This document shows, one piece after another, positions 38,501-49,543 of a stretch of DNA of 64,000 bases. Positions within the stretch are counted from its first letter, which is position 1, and each line of letters begins with the position of its first letter. The notes under the pieces were generated by a model. That model searched no databases. It saw only the letters and a list, made by a program, of their open reading frames with translations, and had not been told where the DNA came from. Origin of the DNA: Bugula neritina (Eukaryota; Animalia; Bryozoa); NCBI GenBank assembly GCA_964035545.1, contig OZ037771.1, positions 13,825,133 through 13,889,132 on the forward strand, in the 5' to 3' direction. Both the position numbers and the translations under genes were made by a program.

Positions 38501-41500
38501 ATGTCTAACTCTATAAGTACGATAAATTTTAGTTTAAGTTACTTAGATAAATGGAGTGAATATTGTTTATTACATAAAACTGATTTTGGATGACCAGAAG
38601 CTGGAAAGATGTAAGATTACCTACAAATATTGAGGCAAAACAAATTTTTAGAAGTTAGAAGCTAAAGGTTTCAGAAAACTATCAAATTTAGAAAAACAAG
38701 AAGTCTGTTCAATTAACTTGATGTTATAAATAATTGTAGGAAAATTGTCAACAATCCATTATATGGATAATAGTTTATATTATAACTGTATAATGTCACT
38801 ATAATATTATGAAATATCATATTATATAGTAATGAGTATGCATTGAAATATTGTTTTCTATATATATTACAGAATGTGAGGACAGGCCCAATAGCAGACC
38901 AGGTATGTATATTCTGCTGGACTACAAAGTAGAACTCTGTATCCATAGCAACTAATATTCATGTTGCAAAATCTTGGTTGGATATAACCTCATATAAGTT
39001 ATAAAAGAGAAAGGCAAACATTTATAATATCTTATTTCAAAAGACAGCTTTGAGTTCAATTCTACTATTTCTTGGACTCAGTAAAGTAAACTAAAAGTTT
39101 TGCTGATGCTCAAGAACGGGAATAACATAGGCTAACAGTATGCATTTTAAAATCACTACTTGCAAGTTTTCCAATTTTCAACACACAGTCACTGAACTCC
39201 AAACCAATTTGCCTTAAATCTATACCAATTACCACAAGTAATTAAATTTTCTATTCATTAAGTTGTGTATAGACAGTGAAAGAAGCACTAGTAAAATGTA
39301 ATAATTATATTACACATAACATGTCCAGCTTGGTTATTGATTCTACTGTAAGATGATTAACCAATGTCAACATGCTCCTTCCAGTTTAGTTAACACAGTC
39401 TACATCTTCTACTCAGTCACTAAAATAACCTGGTCACTCAATCACTGCAGCTTACCTTTATTCAATCACTGTGACTTACCTTTATTCAATCACTGTGACT
39501 TACCTTTATTCAATCACTGTGACTTATTGCCTCATTCTATTAGTATGATTTATTCTCATTTCATATAGCTAATTGTGACTCATCACCTAATCACTCACAT
39601 TAACTACTTAAAGCATATAATGTAATATATATATACTGTCATAGTAATGCATTAGTAGTGCTCAGGACAGATAACTAGAGTGTATAGTACAAATTTAAAT
39701 TTATGTTGTAATGCATATTCCATTTCACCAATTACTATATAGCCAGGTGCAAAGCAGTCCAACTTCTAGAGAATAACTGTAACATAGTGGGTTACCATCC
39801 TATTAAATATACTTCAAAATAAGTTGACAGCACATATAAAAGCCAATTAGAATAAATTTTCTAAATATGAAAGTAATGTGGTGCAAAATGGTATGGAGCT
39901 GAAACAATGTCTCTACCACATTTGAAGTCAAAACATTTTACTGCAGATCAACCCTGTTTATTTGAATTACTATTACTAGTGTTTATTATATTTTTCAATA
40001 GTCGTGAAGTATGTATCAAAGTCATGTGGGGAGAAAAATTCTTTCGAACATTTTGCGAAGATGGACAAAGCATGTGACAAAGAAACAATAGGTACGTTAC
40101 CACATCAGAGAGTAACATATAACGTAGAGTTAATTTAAATTTGGATTTTGGAATAACATATTGAAAAAATTGTAGGAGGGGGCGGTACTCAGACCCGATG
40201 TATATGCTCTGGCAACTTATGTAACTCAGCTATGAGTCTACATAAGAATGTGATTTACAGTGTCACCATGGCAACACTAGCTATTTCCCGTACTGTGTTT
40301 TAAAACCAGTACAATCTATGCATACAAGATGGCGTGGCTATTAATTGTATAGGTCTAGTATATTAGAGTGAGCTAATTAGTCATGTTTCATATAAATATC
40401 TTCTTGGCTATAAATATCCATGTATTACCAATTTATTTATATTATTGTTGGCTATATTGTATAATGTATAATAATAAATTGTAAACACTAAGACTTATCA
40501 TTATTTAAAGCTTCAAAAATTAGAAACATTTATATAACCTAATGTGGTAAAACTAACTTTTATAACAGATGAATCTTAGATCAGAGAAAATAATTGCCGT
40601 TTGTTGAGAGATCAATAAAATTACTGAGTAGAGTCATATCTAAGAAATTGATTTCATTATTAAGCATTTGCTTTCTCTATTATATTGCATAGCCCGAGTA
40701 TATGTCGTTATATACACTTGACTTGGGAACAATTTAATTCAAACACTCGTAGGTTATTATTCAGTACATCATATTTTTATAGAGTTGAGCAAATACTCTA
40801 TATTAGATGCATGCGACTTATATACCATTCTACATTCACAGAAGTTCGGAGTTGTCTAATTAAATGAGGGAATTCTGTGAGGTAGCTTGTTGCTTAAAGC
40901 TCAAAATATTCAACAAACATTTTCAAAGCAACTTTCCAATCCACATATACCACACAGTAACACAAACCAATGTGCTAATAGCTTCATGAAACCAACTACT
41001 ATACCTGATTACATTATTTAATTTTATAAAATTCAATAAAATCAGCCATGAAATACGTTATTCAAAGGGCAGTGACCGCGACATGACATTAAATGCTTTA
41101 ATTAGGAAAATAAACTCTAAAAGCAAATTATAGTTGGTAGTAATACAGAATCAATACTCTTACAAGATGATGAAATTCAATATTCCTCCTACACTCACTG
41201 CTAAAGGGAACACATTGAGTATAGACCTAATCCTAATGATAAGCTCCCACCTCAACCAAAGATGCTGAGGGAGCCTAGTAACAGAATAGTAATACTTTTC
41301 ATTGACTAGGATAAAACTGTTTATAAAATAGAGTTTTTGGCACCAACTGTCATATAGAACTCTGACTAGAAATCTATTCGAGACTATACTGACACGCCCC
41401 TTATTCCTGCTGTTTAAAATACGATAGATACTCAGACTATGACTATTAAAATATTAAAATTAATAAAAATGACAACGCAAATTTAGAATTCTGTTCGACT

Positions 41501-42930
41501 GATGCACTTTAATAGACTAGAGTCTGATGAGCAGATATATTCTATCCGCTTGTATTGTGACATGGCGGCATAAATTTGTGTGTACAGGTTGCTTAGAGAC
41601 TGGGGAACTAAGACTATTGGGCTTTATGAACTCTCAGCAAGAGAAAGAAACTCCAAATATTCAATCATTCATTTGAGTCATAGCAGAAAATGATGAGCAG
41701 ACATTTAAAAAACTAAAGAAATTATAACAGGAAGTTTTGAAAACAAGGTGTCTACCAGGTGTCTGTAAGGTGTCTAATAAGAGTCTGCGAGTTGTCTAAT
41801 AGGTGTCTTAAAAGTGCCAATCATACAGAGTTTGTAAAGTAAAAACTAAGAACTTGAGTTACCTGGTCTGGTATTAGCCCGTGATCCGTCATCAATATAA
41901 CCAGAGTATTCTGCAGGAACGGGCTCATGGTCATCAGAAACTTCAACAAGTCGTCGTCCAGATGTTGGGCTAAGGATAGATCTGTTTGAGTCAACTCTTT
42001 CAACATGGCAATGGCGAACTTCCTGTCCTTTTTATAGGCCGAGAAGAAATCCAGCAGGTAGTCCAGCATATACTGATGCTTTGGTTTCTCACCTACAGAA
42101 TGGAAGTTATATCATAATTGTAGAGTGACAATTGAAAGGCAAATAAATAGGGTGGCTTCAAATAGAAAGTACGAAACACGTCTGCTGCAAAATAATGAGC
42201 CACCAACGTACTTTAAGAAATGTTGTAAAGAAAAACAAAAACCACAATTATAGAAATTACATAGATTTTCTGTAAGATAGACACAACTCTACTATCAATA
42301 TCAGAAGTAAAAAATAACGTAGTTTTGCATAAAGCAGCATATAGACTTTGAGATCATCTATTTGAGTATAAACCATACTTGAAACGAGCTTGGGTCAAAA
42401 TATTATTATTAGCTTTTAAAAAAAGTGTATCATTCACATGGCAGTAGTATATTAGTGTGTAAGGTAGTGTATAGATAAAGTAAAGTACATTTGGTCTACA
42501 CCTCAAAACAAATCATAATGAAACCCAAGAAACTAGAGGACAACTTCAAATTATAGCAAAACAAGACGGCTCCAAACTATTCTAAGAAAGGGGACAACTC
42601 CAAACCATACTAAAACAGAGAACAACTTCAAACTATATCAATAGAGATGACAACTCCAAGCCATACCAAGACAAAACTCCTGGGATAGATGAGATTCTGC
42701 AGCCAACCAGAACGGCCTCATGTAGTGGGCTGTTGGTGTCCTTTCAAAGCCCTGAAATCTCTCATTGAATGTGTTGGAAGACGGGTGGTCTTCAGCATAT
42801 AGTGTGGCGTACCCTTGCCGGTCGTAAGCATTCCATAGCAGTTCCATTCTACAAAATAAACCAATTTGTTTTCATTTGAAACAAAAAAACAACTTTATAT
42901 GAATTTGCATTGTAGTATATTTTGGTATAC

Positions 42931-42964
<34 letters not shown>

Positions 42965-45900
42965 TACTCACCTGTCCATATAATGAGAGTGTTACCATAC
43001 AGTAGTATATCTATCACTCACATGTCCATATAGTGATTATGTTACCATACAGTAGTATATTTATCACTCACCTGCCCATATAGTGAGAATGTTACCATAC
43101 AGTAGTATATCTATCACTCACCTGTCCATGTAATGGGAATGCTCTTTATTAATTCGTGCCTCAACCTGGTGACTCTCATCCAATCCTGCAAAAAGAAAAC
43201 AAACTTTTATTTGAACCAAATACAAGGATTTATTCTAAGGTGAGTTTTTTCACATGGAAACTTTGATTCTAGCCGAGTGCGTGTTCTGTACACTTCCTCC
43301 CAACTGTTTCACCTCTTGACCCCTGCTGATGCCACCAACAGGTAAATGAACCAACTTGCTTTTTTGAGATAAATTTGAGGAAGAACAAGGAGGACAACGG
43401 ATATAAGTACATAACTTAATATATATTGTTGACTTAATATTATGTTACCTACTTTATATTACCAAGTAGTGTATTTCCTATAAATTATACATTATTACAT
43501 GTGAATGTAATTAATTACAATTACAATTACTTTTGTTCTCACAAGAGATAAATATATGTTATGCAATTTCACTTCTAGGGTCCAACTACTTGGGGTAATT
43601 TCGACAGTGATGAATCTCCTTTGTTCTCAACATTGACTTAATCTGAACTTGTTATTCAACAGTAGGCACGGTAAGATAATTGTGAAATTTTTAAGATTTA
43701 AAAGCTTCAAGTAATTTACATTTAATTATTAAGTAATTGTAAAAATCAATTACGTTAGATATGTAATTAATTACAATTACATTTTTATACACCAATTACA
43801 AATTACATTCAATTACTTGAAAAAAAATGTAATTAATTACAACCAATTACAATTACGAATTACAATTACCCTAACCCTGTATATTATATACTTTATATTC
43901 CCGCTTTATACAACATGATTTAATTGGTTATTAGGAACTTAATACCATATGTCACTCATAAAGCAGTTCATATGTTTGTGATAAATTTACAAACCTCGAT
44001 TAAAACATTTGAAAATTGATGAAATTCATTATAAGAAATATTTTGTCAGACAATGCCCTGTTGCTACTAGAAGTAGGTAACTAAGTTCCCAAACCTGTTA
44101 GAAGTGGAAGCAGGGCTCCTGTCGCACCATCCCCTACCACATTGTATCCGGTAAACTGTGAACTAAGAAGTGTGTTGGTGAAGTAATCATAGGTTTTTGG
44201 TAAGAGCCTTCGAAATGATGCCTGCGACAGCGAACCCACACCTACAAGAGTCAGCAGACATTATGAGGAAATGCTGCCAGTATATGTAACAGTGTATAGT
44301 GCTATATAGCTGTGTATATAGTGTTATAAACCAGTGTACAATAAGCACTACCCCTTAAAACACATAAGTACCACTCACCAAGTATAAGCACCACCCACCA
44401 AGTATAAGCACCACCCACCAAGTATAAGCACCACCCACCAAGTATAAGCACCACCCACCAAGTATAAGCACCACCCACCAAGTATAAGCACCACCCACCA
44501 AGTATAAGCACCACCCATTGAGTATAAGCACCACCCACCGAGTATAAGCACCACCCACCGAGTATAAGCACCACCCACCGAGTACAAGCACCACTCACCG
44601 AGTATAAGCACCACCCACCAAGTATAAGCACCACCCACCAAGTATAAGCACCACCCACCGAGTATAAGCACCACCCACCGAGTACAAGCACCACTCACCG
44701 AGTATAAGCACCACCCACCAAGTATAAGCACCACCCACCAAGTATAAGCACCACCCACCAAGTATAAGCACCACCCACCAAGTATAAGCACCACCCACCA
44801 AGTATAAGCACCACCCACCAAGTATAAGCACCACCCACCAAGTATAAGCACCACTCACCGAGTATAAGCACATTATAGGGCAGACATTTATCAGAGGGAC
44901 ACGACTCCAACTGGCCGTCGGGATAACTAGATATATGAGTGAAGAAATGCTGTTCACTGGTTTCACCGTCAGCTGCCATCACCTCAAGTTTTTCTAGTGG
45001 CTGAGAATAAAGTCATTTGACCGTATGTTGAGTATCAGATTGCGTCACATTTGCAAGCAATTGTGACGCTTAAAAGTAAGTCAAAGTTGTTGAATCACAA
45101 GAGTAGATTCAGTCAGAAACAACTAAATGGCTAACAAAAAGCTTCAAAAGAAATAAAGATATAAAATGTGATTGTTAGATAATTCAATTTAAATTGACTT
45201 CTGGTAAAAGATAAATCAATAGAGTCGTGTGTTTCTGTCTCATAAAGAGGTCAGCAAACAAAATAAAACAGTATTGGAAGATAGTCGCTTCATTTTCTAC
45301 CTTCTGGTTCTCAGTGCCGCTGAGATGTTTGTTAGGAACACAGCTAAGTCTATAGAAATCTTTGTCTAGCTTGAATTCCTGAACATCTACTGAACGAGTT
45401 AGTAGTAGGGGTGACGTGTACTCCACCACTGAATCTTTACTGTCTGGTCTATTTATAGCTTGCAGCAGACATGACCAATCAGCTGCTACTGTTATCTTTC
45501 CTCCACTAGCAAAGAGCATGGAGTACAATCACCGAGTTGAACGATATATTATGTGTATTGAAAGTTGAGATGTCGTAATATAAATAGTCATATATTCTAC
45601 GTATAATAAGCATAATGTATAATATATAATATATGTTAGAAACAGTACTATAATACTATAATATAATAAGCCTAATATATATAATATATTATGAACAGTA
45701 ACATATCATAATAAAAAAGCATGTTATATTTATATATATTAAATATAAAATATATTACAATATAATTATACAAATATATGCAAGGACTGTTGAGAGAATA
45801 AATTAATTTGTAATAGTATACATAACATAACTTTTTACACATGAAACATTCCATTTGAACGAAAGTTAGCGGTTCTAGTCAACACACTTTTACACAAGTT

Positions 45901-47792
45901 TAGAGAAACTCGTGTTCAGATCTTTGAAAGGAAACTGGATTCTTCAGTTCCTTTCTTGTTTAACTGAAGAACACATTTATCTAATCAGTTGCATGTCTAT
46001 TGAGAATGAAATACAAATTTTCTGTTCCCAGTGATTGATGGAAACAGATCTTTCTAACTGGCGTATTAGTTCAGGTGAATCATTATGTAACAGCAGCATA
46101 AAATAGTTAATATAAGGACTGTCTCAACAAATGGTGGGGCGGTTGCCGTAGTTTCTATTCGTCGTTCAATGTTAAAACTGACAGCAAAATATGACTCATT
46201 TTTTCAGTAAACCAAGTAAGCACTCTGGCATAAATAATTTCTAATAGTAACAATAATGATAGAACTTATAACACTGGCGTACCTGTAGCCACACTGCAGT
46301 TCTTCTGGAACTTTACACTTTAGGGGAGGCCTTTTGGAGAAATAACTTGAGATGCTATCATTTTGTGGTAGAAATAGCGGGTGCCTACAATGTTGAGCAC
46401 TAGCGCCCCCTTGTGAGCTTTTATCTAGACCTAGGACCCCTGAAATTATTAAGAATAGTACTTACACATCTAAAAACCTGAATATGACGAATGATTCTGC
46501 AAAAAAGTGCAGCAAAAATCGTGTTTAGTGTTAAGTTATAGCTCTGTGAAAGTTGAGTTTTACTGGAAACTTATAGAGATATGTGTGTAATTATTAATCT
46601 CTATAAAATAATTTTGCTCCCACTGGGATTTGAGCCCAAGAACTATTCCACCACGGGGACTACTGGGTAAACTCAACACCACAATGCCTATAGATGTGTA
46701 AATGATTAGAATATGTCAATAACAGAAAACCAATAACTGAATAAAGTACCAAAACAAATATATAATAAGTTTAATGAAAAGCACATGATATATAATGTAT
46801 ATCAATTATACAAAAAACATGTAAAACTTTTACAGGAATTATATACATAGAGTGAATATTGCAAAAGTTAAAAACATTCATGGGTTGAGAGTATACAGTA
46901 GGTGGTATGATTATAGAGTATAACAAACAGAGAGTATTGTGTGGGTATTATGGATAATGTTTACTAGAGTTACTATCCCTAAGAAAGAACACTGTTATCT
47001 CTCCAACAGCTGATGCTGTAGCTCTACCAAACTTACCGGCTAATCTACACTTACCTTTGCGGCATAGGCCTACTGATAGCTTATCTATACTGATAGAAGA
47101 TGCTAATAGCACAGATAACACTTGCAGTGGACACCAAGACTAACTCAATGAACTGCACTTTTAATACTGCACTGTACACAAATGAAATGACAAGCTGTTT
47201 TATTCATAATAAACTTTGCTTCAAGACTTCATCCTTGTTCGAGCCCCTGATGGTATACTTTCAGCGTGGCTAAGGTTCGTAATGATGTGATCACCCAATA
47301 GCCCCTGCAGTGGCGTAATAGTTAAAGTGACTACTTGCAAGCCGGAGGTCTCGGGTTCGAATCCCAGTGGGGGAGGGGGACAAATATTTCACTTACCCAT
47401 AAACTTATCACATTTCTTTCCCTTGCATGGGACGGCTCCAATAACTGGTTTATTCCGCGGCTGCGAGTTTTCCTGAAATATACCAGAGGTTGGGGGTACA
47501 CCACAGAGCTTCGTACTAAAAGTTGCGCTAATTTTTTTAAATAATAGATCAGGCACATACGTTTGCAATGATACACATTTGTAGTGTATATTGAAAAACA
47601 AACCCTTCTCCACTGTCGGATTATCTCCACTCGGTCTTCATACTCCTTCTGAATGAAATCTCTCCTAGACGGAGGAATGTCCAGTATCTGTGTAGCTATG
47701 TTGAACAGGAACAGGGCAGCAGCAGCCACCAGCGTCAACGTTAAGAAGAACCGAATCTTAGTGCGGCAGCAAAATGGCCGCTGGTTGGCCAT
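32582..47792 (-). CDS. DUF229-family (alkaline phosphatase/sulfatase superfamily) type II membrane protein, about 708 aa, 13 coding exons
   Basis: Exons 47792-47561, 47102-47055, 46439-46283, 45505-45301, 45000-44859, 44241-44095, 43185-43122, 42848-42667, 42092-41863, 34774-34602, 33938-33844, 33356-33169 and 32845-32582 join in frame (2127 nt). N-terminal TM segment; motifs NVLILG..SLS..F.R.LPKT, GYNVVGDG..ALLPLLTG, GYATLYAED..TF..F.GF..PT.HYMRPF, NTLVILMTDHG, LVTPYDIHHTL, SLF.PIP..RTC..AG..HWCAC. The boundaries of the first two exons are the least certain. Confidence 0.9.
33000..33156. repeat. AT-rich minisatellite (unit about 36-39 bp, about 4 copies) just inside a DUF229 intron
   Basis: Repeated TACTAT..ATAGAATATAT..ACATTG.AAT.TGT. 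Confidence 0.8.
33975..34280. repeat. 22-bp minisatellite, about 14 copies
   Basis: Unit TACACCTGAGGTAGCAGTATGA; ends about 35 bp before the acceptor of exon 33938-33844. Confidence 0.95.
34786..35440. repeat. Complex minisatellite of AGTAGAAGTAAGTAT / AGTATAGGTAAGTAT / AGTAAAAGCATTAT subunits
   Basis: Higher-order repeat starting about 11 bp from the acceptor of DUF229 exon 34774. Confidence 0.9.
35690..36795. mobile_element. Possible non-autonomous DNA transposon (about 1.1 kb)
   Basis: Imperfect inverted termini GGCACTTCTGTTTCAAAAGCC versus the reverse complement of the right end, GGGTCATTCCGTGTCAAATCAACC. Interior composition differs from the flanks; no convincing TSD. Confidence 0.4.
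37147..40303 (+). CDS. Ly6/uPAR (three-finger, LU-domain; quiver/sleepless-like) secreted or GPI-anchored protein, 151 aa, nested antisense in a DUF229 intron
   Basis: Exons 37147-37207 (signal peptide MRVMRVASVSLLISIFSIGL), 37929-38105 (VDSLECWQCDTFDDSGGC...QC...DACIKI), 40002-40091 (VSKSCG...KACD) and 40176-40303 (TRCICSGNLCNSAM...hydrophobic tail). All introns are phase 1 GT-AG; exactly 10 Cys with terminal CxCxxxxCN. Confidence 0.92.
37665..37760 (-). mobile_element. tRNA-derived SINE head, family B (in Ly6 intron 1)
   Basis: TGGTGTAAATGG...CTTGCAAGCCGGAGGTCTCGGGTTCAAATCCCAGTG, nearly identical to the head at 47301-47375. Confidence 0.75.
39438..39526. repeat. 24-bp minisatellite, about 3.7 copies
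   Basis: Unit TCAATCACTGTGACTTACCTTTAT; the minus strand reads AAG|GTAAGT. Confidence 0.9.
42931..42962. repeat. (TG)n microsatellite
   Basis: About 15 TG units. Confidence 0.9.
42966..43130 (-). repeat. 50-bp tandem repeat containing the donor site of DUF229 exon 43185-43122
   Basis: CTCAC(C/A)TG(T/C)CCAT recurs at 42967, 43017, 43067 and 43117. Confidence 0.9.
43505..43880 (-). mobile_element. Probable non-autonomous DNA transposon fragment with GTAATT subterminal repeats
   Basis: The minus strand begins CAGGGTTAGGGTAATTGTAATT...; many AATTAC/GTAATT motifs occur in both orientations. The CAGGG terminus is hAT-like. Confidence 0.4.
44365..44871 (-). repeat. 20-bp minisatellite, 25 copies, spanning the donor of DUF229 exon 45000-44859
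   Basis: Minus-strand unit GTGCTTATACT(C/T)G|GTG(A/G)GTG; the first copy is the exon end (VLIL-G) plus the true donor. Confidence 0.97.
46605..46670 (-). mobile_element. Degenerate family B SINE fragment
   Basis: CCCACTGGGATTTGAGCCC...ACTGGGTAAACT matches the 37665-37765 copy. Confidence 0.45.
47301..47525 (+). mobile_element. tRNA-derived SINE, family B (tRNA-Cys-like head)
   Basis: A box TGGCGTAATAG, CTTGCAAG loop and B box GGTTCGAATCC. The anticodon stem does not pair, and the head is followed by a non-tRNA body. Confidence 0.75.
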
Positions 47793-49543
47793 GTTGTTCC
47801 TAAGAGTCAACAAATAAAAATGTCGAGTAACCAAGGCAACCAAATTTTCGGCACTTACCACATAAAATATCGATAATCAAAGAAGACAAATCTAGCAGTT
47901 AAGCTCACATTGAATAGAGCATTTAATGAACTTTATGCTCACATAATATTACTATTATATTCATAGTTAATGTTATATTAATTATCATCATGATCATGAT
48001 TATATTCAATTCAATATATCCATATTCATATTGATAGTAATTCCAAGTTAAACTTACCTGTCTATACGCTCAGACTTTAAAAATGATGAAGACTTGTCAT
48101 TTATATTGGTGCATCGTGTTACACATTATAAACTTTATATTGGGTCCAAGTTATATGCTGTTCTGATGGTGCTCAGTTACGTTTGAACAATCACAGCGCG
48201 ACTTTAGTATACACTAGTTTGGACTTTATGATGTGAAGAAGCCACAGTAAACTATGACCTTTGTATTCTTGACCCCATGTTGTTGTGATATCTAGCCAAG
48301 GATTATTCTGTGAGCTCAGGGGTACATATAACATCCACCCGTGTGAAATGAGTCAAGATTTCAGAAATTTATCATTAGCTAACTACTTGTCAATTATTAT
48401 ACAGATCATACTAGAAGCAATAGATTTGTTTAGTGCCTATGCTGCAGTGACATGACACTGTGTGAAACAACTGCAACTTTCTCAATAAATTTTGGTTTGG
48501 GCACGAGTTGAAATTTTCTGAGAACATAACTTCTTTTGCCACTTTTTCTCTTCAAAGTACAACCTTTTTCAGTTTCTTCATCACTGCACCTAGCTCATTT
48601 TGCTTGTGTAATATGTTGTAAATTTTAATTATAATAAAATTTCCAAATCTGATTGCATGGAAACTGAACTAAATATTATAGCATATAATTTTTATGATGT
48701 TTATACCGTATTAAACGTTTTACTAGCAGTTTGCTGTTGGCAGTAAAAACTTTATTTATTCATAAATTGCTAAAAATAAAATCTAATTTTAAGTTATAAT
48801 CGAAAAAATAATGATAACATCACATTTTCAGTAAACATTACATCACAGAAATAAATAAAAGGTTTTACATAATCAAAAAACCAATGATTATCAAAGGGAG
48901 ATAACCTAACAAACTAAAATACAGAAAATTTTGCTTTCATCACAAGGAGTATGATATGTTTTAAAGGTAAGTAGAAAATTGAGCTAGTAAATGCGTTAAT
49001 ATTAAGTGATGTAGAACCTAAACGTATTGCATAGAAAGGAAGACTGAAAGATCTTGTGTCGAAGGCATAGAAGAGATGCTTTTTAATAAGTAAATGGGAG
49101 ATTCAAAAACTTAACTGATGTAGTAACTGCCACATAATATTCCATATCAGTCTAGAATATTCCGTATACATCAGATAATGTTAAAAGTCCACACAGTGTG
49201 TCTTTCGTTAGAAGCCTAAACGCAGCCTTCATAAAGTAACAGAATCTGTGTCGTAGTAGGTTGGGACTGCTAACACCCCCTCCTCATCTTACAACTAACC
49301 ACAGTTGGGTTACAAAACGTATGACAACGAACCAGCCCTAACATTTACAAAGAGTATAGTTTGTTAGAAACTGGTCAAATCACCAACAAGAAGTTCGACT
49401 TTCTATCACCTAGACGGCTAGTTTCACGTGTCACAAAAACCGCTCTGTTAACGATAAATAACTTATGTAGGGAATCTAACTAAATAGAAACATGTAAACA
49501 AAAGCACACAGATGTCTTCCTTTGTTCTCAATATAAACTGCAA

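Noticed and set aside
44302-44858. Trp/Gly-rich repeat ORFs as membrane proteins
   Set aside because: Open in several frames because of a 20-bp minisatellite; DUF229 homology resumes in phase at 44241.
47301-47376. Functional tRNA-Cys(GCA) gene
   Set aside because: The anticodon and D stems do not pair properly and related diverged heads occur elsewhere in the window, consistent with a SINE. tRNAscan-SE would settle it.
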